NCBI GenBank assembly: GCA_017421085.1
Contig: JAFQMU010000187.1
Location: 1 to 38,419, forward strand
DNA from: Desulfovibrionaceae bacterium
GTDB taxonomy: Bacteria; Desulfobacterota; Desulfovibrionia; Desulfovibrionales; Desulfovibrionaceae
Reading direction: 5' to 3'
DNA length: 38,419 nt
Shown piece after piece: positions 9,757 to 18,858 of the stretch (position 1 is the stretch's first letter; every line of letters begins with the position of its first letter). The notes beneath the pieces were generated by a model. That model made no database searches. It was not told the DNA's origin and worked only from the letters and a program-made list of their open reading frames with translations. The translations under genes and the position numbers were made by a program.

Positions 9757-9785
9757 TATATATAAGGAAATTAAAGGGATGTAAA
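9757..9785 (-). promoter_or_regulatory. Candidate sigma70 promoter for alcohol dehydrogenase 1
   Basis: The minus strand reads TTTACA-17 nt-TATATA, about 130 nt upstream of the ATG at 9623. Confidence 0.3.
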
Positions 9786-9827
9786 TCAGGCACTTTCGGG
9801 TAAACAGCAAACCTTTTCATCTCATGG

Positions 9828-10060
9828 TTACCGAAAAGTGACCAGATGAACAGCGATGCCAAGGGTAGCTGCGCTGCTGTCGCCTTTGGTTGAGGCGAAA
9901 AAGATGTTATAGCCGCGGTTGGAGTTGAACGGAGGGTCAAGGCAGATGAGGTCTGCAGAGACATAGGGCATTTCCCGCAGAATGCACAGACAGTCGCCGT
10001 AGTGAAGGGTACTGTTTATGCATACGCCTTGTCTGCCGGTTTATCGAGGAGGGTTTTCAT
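9828..10060 (-). pseudogene. N-terminal remnant of an N4/N6 DNA methyltransferase (frameshifted and truncated)
   Basis: AGGAG SD plus ATG at 10060 gives MKTLLDKPADKAYA, then a stop. Shifting frame continues NSTLHYGDCLCILREMPYVSADLICLDPPFNSNRGYN.., the hallmark GDC..DLI..DPPF/Y N-terminus of beta-class N6_N4 MTases. It terminates about 75 codons in with no catalytic remainder. Confidence 0.5.
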
Positions 10061-10138
10061 AAAAACGGCTCCTGTCTTTTTCCGATAAAGTTTTTTCTGT
10101 TGCCCAGGTGAGGCTGTAAAGAAATGTACCGGAAAAGT

Positions 10139-10513
10139 TTAATCTTCCGCCGGTTGGTCAGTGTGAGCGGCGCGATGTTTCAGATACTGTATGCTCCAGT
10201 CGTTTACCTGCCTGAAGATGGGAGTAAGGCCCATACCGATTTCCGTAAGGCTGTAAAGCACGGCGGGCGGAGTTTCGGGCAGCACGGTACGTTTAACCAG
10301 ATTGTTGCGTTCAAGCAGGCGCAACTGCTGGGAGAGCATTTTTTGCGTAACCCCGGGTATCAGCTTGCGCAGTTCGCTGAAGCGTCTGACCTCGCCGTCC
10401 GCCAGATTCCAGATGATCTGGCTAACCCACTTGCCGGATAAAAGCTCAAAAGCCACCTCAAATTCATAGGTGTAGTGGCTGCAACTGATTTTATTTGTTC
10501 TGTCATCCGGCAT
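10139..10513 (-). CDS. HxlR-family winged-helix transcriptional regulator
   Basis: ..LLSGKWVSQIIWNL..GEVRRFSELRKLIPGVTQKMLSQQLRLLERNNLVKR.. I chose the start at MPDDR (10513), which follows a G-rich SD; the longest ORF reaches 10576. Confidence 0.85.
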   Translation of the reverse strand: MPDDRTNKISCSHYTYEFEVAFELLSGKWVSQIIWNLADGEVRRFSELRKLIPGVTQKMLSQQLRLLERNNLVKRTVLPETPPAVLYSLTEIGMGLTPIFRQVNDWSIQYLKHRAAHTDQPAED

Positions 10514-10701
10514 ATGCTTACCCCCCATGGAATAATAATTCAGTTTAGCGTTAAAGCGGCAAGTTGCCAAGTCCAAAGTTATTTTGCCTGATGCGATCTC
10601 TGAGTTCAGGGTTGCCGGCTGAGGAAAACGCTTAATTTATATGATATTTATTGGAGCTCTTCTATAAATAAGCCCTCTGAACTGTATGGGGGGAAGGATA
10701 T

Positions 10702-12111
10702 TCAGTTTTCGGTAATGGCTGAAAGAAAATCAAGCATTCCTGCGCCCCGGAGGAAACTCTCCGGCGAGTAGTCGCCGTTTTGCAGAAGCAGATGCAGATA
10801 ACCGCTCAAAGGGCGGAGCAAAGGGGGAACGGAACGCCAGAAGTCTGAGCTGAGTTCTGAGCGCGTCTTCAGGGCGCGGGTATACTCCGCAGTAAGAGAA
10901 GCCAGGGCGCAGTCAAAAGACGGAAGGAGCGACGGGGCCTGTTCTTCCAGAATTTTCCAGCTTTTCTGCGGGGCGGTCTCTTCCCACAGGCTGAAGCCGG
11001 CGCCGAAGAAGCAGCGCCAGAAATTGCCCAGCAGGGCATGGGCGGAGTTATGCGCCTCAGGGCGGGCGGGCAGCAGATCGTAAAGTCCGTTGCGTCGGGC
11101 AGTGAACATTATTTCCTGACCGGGCAGGCGCAGCCTGGCAAAGTAGGCGTGCGCGTCCGCCCCCACCCCGCGGGAAAGAACGGCGGAGATAATCGCGGCG
11201 ACCCGCGTCGGCACGAAATGGCGATGGCAGGCAAGCCCGCTTTTACATTGCCAGCAGCCCCGGCAGCTGATGCCTGAGCGCAGGATGAGATGCGCGGGTT
11301 GCACCGGCCCGGTGTCCCAGGCATTTACCGGGCCCATGCTCAGGTTGAGCACGGGCAGGCCGAGCCAGGCGGCCAGGTGCATGGGGCCGGTATCCGGTGT
11401 GACCAGCAGTTGCAGGGTGTTTAAAAAGGCGCACAGTCCTGGCACATCAAAACGCCCGGTCAGGTTGGCAATTTTGATTCGCCTTGTTACTTCCTGAGCA
11501 AGTGGGCGCTCCGCAGGCCCGCCCAGCAGCACCGGGTTTATGCCGCGTTTGCGCAGATTTTTGGCCAGCTCAGCCCAGAACTCGGCATCAGGACGTTTGG
11601 CGGCTTCGCTCGCCCCCAGAAACAGCCCCACGCCGCTTTTATGCGGGTTCAGGCTTACCGGGTTCCAGCGGGTGCGTCTGATTTCGGCATAGGGCACAAT
11701 ATCCAGCTCATTCAGGTCTGACCAGTGGAAGCGGTTGTGGCGGTTATTGTTGGTGAGGCTCGCCCGGTACATCTGCCATTGCCCATGAATGTAGGTGTTG
11801 CCTGCGGCGTCCTGACGCGGGCCGAACCAGGCGTCGTTTTTGATTTTGGGGCCAAGCGCGGCGGCATCGGGCCTGTGGCTCAAGTTCAGCACCAGGTGGA
11901 AATGTTTCCCCTGCATCCGCGAAACTGCATGGGATGGGAAAAAGGTCACGGGAGGGGCGACAGCCATCAGCCCCTTGAAAAACTGCTCTTCAGCCGCCAC
12001 CCACACCGGGTGCCCCGGAAACTGATTGAGCAGCCTTATCAGCAGGGGGAAAGTCATAATCAGATCTCCCATACGCTGCATTTGCAGAACCAGAATGGGG
12101 TCTTTGCTCAT
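10702..12111 (-). CDS. Glycosyltransferase family 9 (heptosyltransferase-like) with C-terminal extension
   Basis: ILVLQMQRMGDLIMTFPLL start and the GPMHLAAWLGLPVLNL motif, plus about 130 extra C-terminal residues. ATGA start/stop overlap with the upstream gene. Confidence 0.85.
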   Translation of the reverse strand: MSKDPILVLQMQRMGDLIMTFPLLIRLLNQFPGHPVWVAAEEQFFKGLMAVAPPVTFFPSHAVSRMQGKHFHLVLNLSHRPDAAALGPKIKNDAWFGPRQDAAGNTYIHGQWQMYRASLTNNNRHNRFHWSDLNELDIVPYAEIRRTRWNPVSLNPHKSGVGLFLGASEAAKRPDAEFWAELAKNLRKRGINPVLLGGPAERPLAQEVTRRIKIANLTGRFDVPGLCAFLNTLQLLVTPDTGPMHLAAWLGLPVLNLSMGPVNAWDTGPVQPAHLILRSGISCRGCWQCKSGLACHRHFVPTRVAAIISAVLSRGVGADAHAYFARLRLPGQEIMFTARRNGLYDLLPARPEAHNSAHALLGNFWRCFFGAGFSLWEETAPQKSWKILEEQAPSLLPSFDCALASLTAEYTRALKTRSELSSDFWRSVPPLLRPLSGYLHLLLQNGDYSPESFLRGAGMLDFLSAITEN

Positions 12112-13871
12112 CCGTAAATCCTTTTCATCTCGCCGATTATTTCTTTCAGACGTAAAATATAGGTATGCTGGGCAAAAATGCGCCGCCTGGCTGCCTCCAC
12201 TATTTTGGCGCGGACGGCCGGTCGCTTCAGATAAAAGCGCACCAGTTCAGGCACTTCTTCCGGGTGGCGGTAAAAAATTACTTCTTTTTCAGGTTCAAAC
12301 AGCTGATCCATCTGTTCGCGCCAGTCGGTGAGCACAAAGGCCCCGGCTGCAGGCACATCGAACACCCGCTGGTTTACCGCCCCTTTCATCTGCTTGCTGG
12401 TGCAGTTGAAATTTATCTGACTGTGAGGGTAAAAGAAGGGCAGTTCATCATAGTAGCTGATTTCCGAATGCCAGCGCCAGGGGTGAGGCGATGCGCCAAA
12501 GCTCTCCTGCCAGCCGTCATCCCCAAGAATCAGCGGATTAAAAGGCAGGATGCCTTCAAGGCATTGTTCGCGGTATTGCCGGGTGGCCTCCCAGGTCAGC
12601 AGGGTTTCAAAGGCCAGTTTGCGCTCACGGGTTTCAAGGGCGTTGTAGGCCGGAAGAAGCTCCGGATGCGCCAGTTTAAGATAGGACAGAGCAGAGCGGC
12701 TGTCGTGCGCGGCAAACCCTGCAGCAACCCGCTCATATGCCTCCAGAAGTTCGGGGCCCGGCCCGGCCGCCTCAATGCGCGCCTTTACCTTGTAGCGCAT
12801 GGAGTTTCCGACAAATGAAACATCGCTTTCCCATGCTTTCGGAACGGTAAATCCGGGGCGGCGGGTGAAGCGCTCCGGGGTGGTGGCAAGCGGCAGATAG
12901 TGCACATGGCGGAAACCATCGGCCTCAAGAGTGCGGATGTTGTCGGCGTCCCAGGTGAAAATGCAGGTCCATGGACTGGCCAGCCCCTGATACTGGTAGA
13001 GAATGAGGTGGGGGTTGTCTACAAACCAAGAGGCCAGAGGCAGGTTGAGCCTTTCCAGCAGGTCGACCAACAGCCCTTCCCTGTCTACCCCCAGATGATT
13101 GATTGTAAAGACAAAATCGGGTTTAAACTCAAGCACCGCCTTGAGCAGATTCTCAATGAAATCTTCCTGAGCCACATCTTCCGTGCTTACCTGAAACAAC
13201 CGGTAGGGCGCCCCCAAAACCTGACAGGCCTCGATAATTTCGCCTATCAGGAAATACTGGCGGGTAATCAGCAGAATGCGGGGAAGCTTTTCGGCAAATC
13301 GGGGATAACTGACTTTTTCCCAGAAGTTGAACGTCCGGCTTGCCTTGAGAGTTTCAGAAATTTTCTGATAGTAGGCGCGGTGGCGGCCGCCCAGACGCAG
13401 GTAAAAAGGATGTACCAGCGGAGCCATAGGGCGGTTGCCGTTTTTCTGCTGCCAGGCCGTAAGCAGGTTGACGGCCTCGGCGGGGTCTGGGTCGCTGATG
13501 AAGGTCAGGCGAGGGTCAAGCTGCGGGCCGAGCCCGGTATGGGCGAGAATGGCGTTTTCTTTATCCACCACAGCCAGCGGGCCGTCCCAGCGCTCCAGCA
13601 GATAGTCGAGGGCATGACCCAGCCCGCTGCCCAGCAGCACCGGCAAAGAGTCGGGTGCGAGGCTGTTGAGAAACGCATGGGCCAGGCTCTGTTCCCGTTC
13701 AGCGCCGGCCGGGCCCAGCATTTTAAATTCGCGTCCGTCTGCGCCGGCTGAAATATCGATCAGCCCACCCTGGCTGTTGTGGATGGGGAAAACGGCATAA
13801 CCGGGGTCATCGGCAGCCGGGGCTGCGGCGCTGCTGTCGGGGGCGGGGTTGTCATTGAAACTTGCAGACAT
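12108..13871 (-). CDS. Maf-like N-terminal region fused to CgeB/DUF3880-type glycosyltransferase
   Basis: GAGGAAG SD. The N-terminal part (..KMLGPAGAEREQS..VLLGSGLGHALDYLLE) resembles motility-accessory-factor N-termini. The C-terminal half resembles CgeB-family GT1-like domains (..NCTSKQMKGAVNQRVFD..AGAFVLTD..). The family call is tentative. Confidence 0.7.
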   Translation of the reverse strand: MSASFNDNPAPDSSAAAPAADDPGYAVFPIHNSQGGLIDISAGADGREFKMLGPAGAEREQSLAHAFLNSLAPDSLPVLLGSGLGHALDYLLERWDGPLAVVDKENAILAHTGLGPQLDPRLTFISDPDPAEAVNLLTAWQQKNGNRPMAPLVHPFYLRLGGRHRAYYQKISETLKASRTFNFWEKVSYPRFAEKLPRILLITRQYFLIGEIIEACQVLGAPYRLFQVSTEDVAQEDFIENLLKAVLEFKPDFVFTINHLGVDREGLLVDLLERLNLPLASWFVDNPHLILYQYQGLASPWTCIFTWDADNIRTLEADGFRHVHYLPLATTPERFTRRPGFTVPKAWESDVSFVGNSMRYKVKARIEAAGPGPELLEAYERVAAGFAAHDSRSALSYLKLAHPELLPAYNALETRERKLAFETLLTWEATRQYREQCLEGILPFNPLILGDDGWQESFGASPHPWRWHSEISYYDELPFFYPHSQINFNCTSKQMKGAVNQRVFDVPAAGAFVLTDWREQMDQLFEPEKEVIFYRHPEEVPELVRFYLKRPAVRAKIVEAARRRIFAQHTYILRLKEIIGEMKRIYG

Positions 13872-13932
13872 GATGAAACTTCCTCATTTCAACCTGAAGA
13901 GAGGGGAGTGGCGGGAGATGAGCAGGGTGCAG

Positions 13933-15045
13933 TCAGTTCTGCTGAATGACGATTTCGTCTCCAATCCGGCAGATTTGCACATTTTGTTCAGGGCGCTGGA
14001 TGCGCAGGCTGACATCCCCGATGGTAACCAGCACGCCGGGGAGAATTTCTCCGGGAACAATCAGCATGCAGTCTTTATATTGATGTTCCTCATTGAGCTG
14101 GGGGCGCAAAGCTGCAAGCTGGTGCTTGAGCACTTCCAGCTTTTTGGTGACCAGCTTGTATTGACGTGAGGGAGGGGCTGCCTCTCCGTTTTTTTCCTGC
14201 TCTTTTTTGTGCAGGGCCTCAAGGTTATACATTTTCTGGATGAGCCGTTCCTGTTCTTTTTCCAGTTTTTTTATTGAACGGTAAATAAACGGATTCTGGC
14301 CCAGCACCACCCGGGTCAGCACTGTGCCGGGCAGGCCCAGGCGATGGCTCACATAAACCTTGTGTCTGGCCCTGATGATTCCTCCGGCAAGACGCCCCTG
14401 CACCAGCAGGTTCGCTCCGGAAAAAATGTTGCAGTGCAGACAACTGCCGTCTATGGCGATATTATGTCCTGCTCTGATTTCTCCGGTTTCGGCGAAGGCC
14501 AGGCGAACATCCCTGTCGGCAATGAGTTTTCCTGTCTGAGAGCCCTTGAAGCCGCCTTCACCGACAATCGAGCCTTCCGAGCGGATGACGGCCGACTCGA
14601 TAATGCCCTTGACCAGCACATTGCACGCCCGTAGTTCAAACTTTGATGAAACATCGCCGTGCACGGCCAGGTCGCCCACAAAGGTGATGTTTCCGGTATG
14701 CATATCAATGCTGCGGCGCACATTGAGCAGATGCTTGATGGTAATCTGCCGGTTATAATAAAATACAAATCCGTTTTGAGCGGCCAGCAGGCGGTGAGGC
14801 GTTTTTGGGTCGACCATGGTGTTGGCGCCCATGGGCAGCACCGGGTTGCGCATGATGAAGCGTTTTTCAGGCATGGGCGAAGTGTTGTGGTCGAGCGGCA
14901 GAATTTCGGCCAGCACCTGCCCTTTAACCACATTCTGCACATAGTTGAGGTTGCGCATGTTGACTTTGCCCTTGGAGTCCGCCACAGGTTTCAGGTGGTG
15001 ATAGTCAAAGTCGGGATCAAAATAATGGCGGATATAATACCACAT
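13933..15045 (-). CDS. FapA-family (DUF342) protein
   Basis: Central beta-helix-like imperfect repeats, then a coiled coil (LEKEQERLIQK..LKHQLAALRPQL) and a terminal small domain. This is the typical DUF342 architecture. Confidence 0.8.
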   Translation of the reverse strand: MWYYIRHYFDPDFDYHHLKPVADSKGKVNMRNLNYVQNVVKGQVLAEILPLDHNTSPMPEKRFIMRNPVLPMGANTMVDPKTPHRLLAAQNGFVFYYNRQITIKHLLNVRRSIDMHTGNITFVGDLAVHGDVSSKFELRACNVLVKGIIESAVIRSEGSIVGEGGFKGSQTGKLIADRDVRLAFAETGEIRAGHNIAIDGSCLHCNIFSGANLLVQGRLAGGIIRARHKVYVSHRLGLPGTVLTRVVLGQNPFIYRSIKKLEKEQERLIQKMYNLEALHKKEQEKNGEAAPPSRQYKLVTKKLEVLKHQLAALRPQLNEEHQYKDCMLIVPGEILPGVLVTIGDVSLRIQRPEQNVQICRIGDEIVIQQN

Positions 15046-15185
15046 CTAAAATTCCATTCAGATTAAATTGGGCGTGCATTACGCTGTTTCAGCTGCAGCA
15101 GAACTTACTGCGCCCGGGTGTATCATCGTTTTACGTTTAAGTTATGCCGGAAATATTCTGAACCCCGCTTTTGACGGCGGTCTTA

Positions 15186-15530
15186 CTAATCCGGCAGGCG
15201 CATCAGCACCTCCTCCTCTGTGGTGAGAATGCGCAGAAAATTGAACAGATTGAGCTCCTTGAGCTGCTCCACCACATGTGGCGGCGGCATGCACAGATAA
15301 AGGCGCTTGCTGCTGCCCACCATAATGGCGTGCATTTGTGTGAGCACGCCTATGCCGGTTGCATCCAGCTCTGCATCATGAGAAAATACAAACAGCAGTT
15401 TTTCTGTTTCCGGCCGCTGAGCCAGGGCCGAAATCAGATTCATGAACTCCTGCCTGCTTTTGTAAGTTATGGGCCGGTTGCATCTCAATACAGTGGTCGC
15501 GCCCAGATGCTCAAGGGCTATGCCGTCCAT
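15186..15530 (-). CDS. STAS-domain protein (anti-sigma-factor antagonist-like)
   Basis: 114 aa with ..ELDATGIGVL.. at the position of the DSSG phospho-site loop. AGGGG SD-like sequence. Confidence 0.75.
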   Translation of the reverse strand: MDGIALEHLGATTVLRCNRPITYKSRQEFMNLISALAQRPETEKLLFVFSHDAELDATGIGVLTQMHAIMVGSSKRLYLCMPPPHVVEQLKELNLFNFLRILTTEEEVLMRLPD

Positions 15531-15592
15531 ATTTACCCCTATGCCGGCTGATGTTTTGCCTCTGGCGGACGAGACCGGCAGCTTTAATCAGA

Positions 15593-16420
15593 TTATATTC
15601 TTTTGTCTATTTTGTCCATGATAAGCTGGGCTTCTTTCAGCGATTTGTCGCCGTCAAGAGCCCGGGCGGCATAGTCATAGGCCTTGTCTTTCTTATTCCA
15701 TTCAAGATAAAACTTGCTCATGCGCAGGTAGGTGTTGGGGTGGGCCCCAAAGGTTCTGAGAATGAGCAGATAGGTATTTTCCACCTTATTCCGGTCGCCC
15801 ATGGCCGTATACGCCTGAATGGCTCCGGTGAAGCCCTTGGGGTCTTTGGGAAAGTTTTCCATGGCCCGCTCAAACAGCTCAGCGGCCTCAATGGGCAGAT
15901 TGGCCTTGAGAAAGTGGTTGGCAATTTCCACAATCACTCCGGGTTCAGAGCCGTAGTGGTCTATATAGCGGCGCAGCACTGCCCGCCCTTTTGCCTCATC
16001 GCCCTGGGTATAGAGCAGGTCGAGTCCCTTGGTGAGAAGATTTTTGCGTTCAGCGTGGGCCTGTTCCTCCTTTTGGCGACGGGCGGCGTTGTTTACCTTT
16101 TCAATGGCCATTTTCAGCGCTGTCAGACCTTCTGACAACTGCTGCTCGCGCCCTGACTTGTAAATGACAAACGGTCCTTTTGTCAGGCCGCGGGCGGCGA
16201 AAAACTGCTTGATGGTCCAGTTGGCTGAAAGTTCATTGGCATATTCGTGAAACAGCACCTCGGCCATGTATTTGGCGTTGCCCACAATTTTTACGCTGAT
16301 GTATGTATTAAGAGCCAGAACGGCGGCATCAAGCGAACGGATGACTTCATCGCGTTTGAGATATGCCTTGGCTCTGGCCATATTTTCGCTTACTTCTCTG
16401 GGAACGGTTGTATATACCAT
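15593..16420 (-). CDS. Hypothetical protein with TPR-like helical repeats
   Basis: 275-aa ORF. The C-terminal half has TPR-like A/Y/L periodicity (..AELFERAMENFPKDPKGFTGAIQAYTAMGD..YLRMSKFYLEWNKKDKAYDYAARAL..). Confidence 0.55.
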   Translation of the reverse strand: MVYTTVPREVSENMARAKAYLKRDEVIRSLDAAVLALNTYISVKIVGNAKYMAEVLFHEYANELSANWTIKQFFAARGLTKGPFVIYKSGREQQLSEGLTALKMAIEKVNNAARRQKEEQAHAERKNLLTKGLDLLYTQGDEAKGRAVLRRYIDHYGSEPGVIVEIANHFLKANLPIEAAELFERAMENFPKDPKGFTGAIQAYTAMGDRNKVENTYLLILRTFGAHPNTYLRMSKFYLEWNKKDKAYDYAARALDGDKSLKEAQLIMDKIDKRI

Positions 16421-16454
16421 AAACCTGTGCGCACCTGCTCAATGCTTTGCCTGC

Positions 16455-17198
16455 TCAGTCAGCCTGCGAAGACTGCCAGGCCTTTTCAACTTCCGGTCTT
16501 TTTTCGTTCAACAGGGCGATAACCGCTTCCGGGGTTAAAAAATCAATGCTTTGCCCGGCCAGCCACTTATTACGGAGCAGCGAGGAGCTGATGTCAAGGC
16601 GCGGCACCGGCAGATAATAGAGCCGGGTGCCCCGCGGCTCAGCTGCCCCGGCCCAGGGGTTGAAACAGAGCGGAAATTCCGTACCCGTCTGAACCCGGCC
16701 TGCTTTTTCCGCTTTTTCTTTCGGAGGCTTATTATACAGCGCGCCCTTCGTCCACAGATTGCGGCAGATACTTATAAATTCATCCGCCTCTCCTCCCTGT
16801 CGCGCCGCCACCGCCAGGCTGGCATGAGAAATCAGTTCATCCCAGCGATACCACTTGTGCAGCTGAGCGAAGTCGTAAAGACCTAGCACAAAAAACAGCT
16901 CGGCATCAGGCTCGCGTTCCGCATAATTTTGCAGGGTATAAATGCTGTATGAGGGCTTTTCAAGCTCCGATTCAAACAGGTTGATTTCCATGTCGCTTCG
17001 CCCCGCCAGAGCCAGACGCAGGGCCTGCACTCTGATTTCAAATGGAAGCAGCCCGTTTTGGGATTTATGAGGGGGGCGGAAGCTAGGCACAAAATCCAGA
17101 CGGTCGGCCTGAAACGCCTCGCTCATTTCCAGCGCCAGGCGCAAATGCCCGGTATGCACCGGGTTAAAACTGCCGCCCAAAATCACAATCCGTTTCAT
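16455..17198 (-). CDS. nadD: Nicotinate-nucleotide adenylyltransferase
   Basis: GGSFNPVHTGHL (the (H/T)xGH motif) at the N-terminus, with typical NadD length plus an insertion. Gene order proA-nadD is conserved. Confidence 0.9.
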   Translation of the reverse strand: MKRIVILGGSFNPVHTGHLRLALEMSEAFQADRLDFVPSFRPPHKSQNGLLPFEIRVQALRLALAGRSDMEINLFESELEKPSYSIYTLQNYAEREPDAELFFVLGLYDFAQLHKWYRWDELISHASLAVAARQGGEADEFISICRNLWTKGALYNKPPKEKAEKAGRVQTGTEFPLCFNPWAGAAEPRGTRLYYLPVPRLDISSSLLRNKWLAGQSIDFLTPEAVIALLNEKRPEVEKAWQSSQAD

Positions 17199-17275
17199 CT
17201 ATTCGTTATATAACCGCTAAAGAAATTGCCCGCAATCGTCTTTTTGCGCTTTTTGGCTCTGCATGACGATTTTAC

Positions 17276-18550
17276 TCAGCCTCTTGTCTGCCCCCGTCCG
17301 AACACCGCGAACTTGGTAGTGGTAAGTTCTTTCACTCCCATGGGCCCGTAAGAATGCAGCTTGCAGGTGCTTATGCCTATTTCAGCGCCCAGGCCGAGCT
17401 GTCCGCCGTCATTGAAGCGGGTGGAAGCATTGGCCGCAACCATGGAGGCATCGACTTCGCGCATGAAACGCATGATATTTGCATGGTCATTGCTCAGAAT
17501 TACTTCCGAATGGTTGGAGCCGTGCTCGGCAATGTAGTTCAAGGCTGCATCCAGGCTGTCAACCACCTGAACATACAGCTCCAGGGCAAGATATTCCCTG
17601 CCGGCATCTTCTGCCCCGGCCGGGAGAATTTCAGCAGCGGGGCTGCATTTTTCCATCAGGGGGAGGGCCAGCGGGCAGGCATGGATTCTGACCCCGGCCG
17701 CTCCCAGCCTTTCAGCAACCCGGGGGAGCAGGGCTGTCGCGATGTTCCGGTGAACCAGCAATCCTTCAAGGGCATTGCAGGCGGCGGGGCGCTGCACTTT
17801 GGAGTTGTAAATAATTTCCAGGGCCTCATCTAGGTTTGCGGATTCATCGGCAAAAATATGGCATACGCCCTTGTCGTGTTTCAGCACCGGCATGGTAGCT
17901 TCGGCAGATACCAGATTTATCAGGCCTGCTCCACCGCGGGGAATGATTACATCAATATACCTGGACAACCTGCACATGCCGGTTATGGCGGAGCGGTCGG
18001 TTGTTTCAATTACCTGGGCCGCATCGGCGGGCAGGCCCGCTTCCAGCAAAGCCCGATGCAACAGCGAGGCCAGGGCGAGGCTTGAGCAAATCGCTTCAGA
18101 GCCGGGGCGCATAATTACGGCGTTGCCTGCTTTGAGGCAGAGAATTGCCGAGTCGATTACCACATTGGGGCGGGCCTCGAAAATCATGGCGATGACCCCC
18201 AGCGGAACCCGCATCCGCCCGACCAAAAGACCATTCGGCTGCTGCCACTGGGTTTCCATGGCGCCGATGGGATCGGGCATGGAGGCGATAAACAGGCAGG
18301 CTTCGGACATTTCTTTAATGATGGCTGGGGTGAGAGCTAGCCGGGCCATACGGGCCTCATCAAGTCCGCGGGCTTGGGCTGCATCCATATCTTTCCGGTT
18401 CGCTTCCAGAACAGATGCTTCTTCTTCGGTTAAAATACGTGAAAGCGCGGTAAGCGCCCTGTTCTTTCGCTCAGGGGAGGCTGTGGCGAGCAGCCTGGCA
18501 GCGGCTCTGGCCTTCCGGCCCACGTCATTCAGATATGCTTCCAAATTCAT
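17276..18550 (-). CDS. proA: Gamma-glutamyl phosphate reductase (glutamate-5-semialdehyde dehydrogenase)
   Basis: Full-length ProA pattern (..ILEANRKD..IFEARPNV..NASTRFNDGGQLGLGAEIGIST.KLH.RGPMG..). ATG at 18550 is preceded by GAGGG; the ORF track starts at the upstream GTG (18562). Confidence 0.95.
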   Translation of the reverse strand: MNLEAYLNDVGRKARAAARLLATASPERKNRALTALSRILTEEEASVLEANRKDMDAAQARGLDEARMARLALTPAIIKEMSEACLFIASMPDPIGAMETQWQQPNGLLVGRMRVPLGVIAMIFEARPNVVIDSAILCLKAGNAVIMRPGSEAICSSLALASLLHRALLEAGLPADAAQVIETTDRSAITGMCRLSRYIDVIIPRGGAGLINLVSAEATMPVLKHDKGVCHIFADESANLDEALEIIYNSKVQRPAACNALEGLLVHRNIATALLPRVAERLGAAGVRIHACPLALPLMEKCSPAAEILPAGAEDAGREYLALELYVQVVDSLDAALNYIAEHGSNHSEVILSNDHANIMRFMREVDASMVAANASTRFNDGGQLGLGAEIGISTCKLHSYGPMGVKELTTTKFAVFGRGQTRG

Positions 18551-18858
18551 TGAAACCCTCACGGCTGATTAAGCTCGAATTATTGAAAATTATCCTTTAA
18601 AAATTTTTGTATATCTCCGGGCGATTGGGCGGCCCTGTCAGCCCGCTGCCGGATGAAAACGTATGTTTTTTATCGGCATGAGCATCGTGTTTCAATTCTT
18701 TCTTTTAATTGGAATTTGTCCGGATAGCAAGGCTTATATGCCCTTACAGCAGGATTGTTCCGTTGAGGAAAGGAATACATGGGGAGGGCGGGGCCTGTGC
18801 CCGGCCCTCCTTATCTGCCGGCCTGGATGGGGGAAGGCTTATCTGCTTTGATTATTTT

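Noticed and set aside
9626-9964. A 112-aa minus-strand ORF between the methylase remnant and ADH1.
   Set aside because: It starts inside the methyltransferase fragment in a different frame, runs through the predicted ADH1 promoter and leader, and has no SD or recognisable domain. The region is better explained as remnant plus regulatory DNA.
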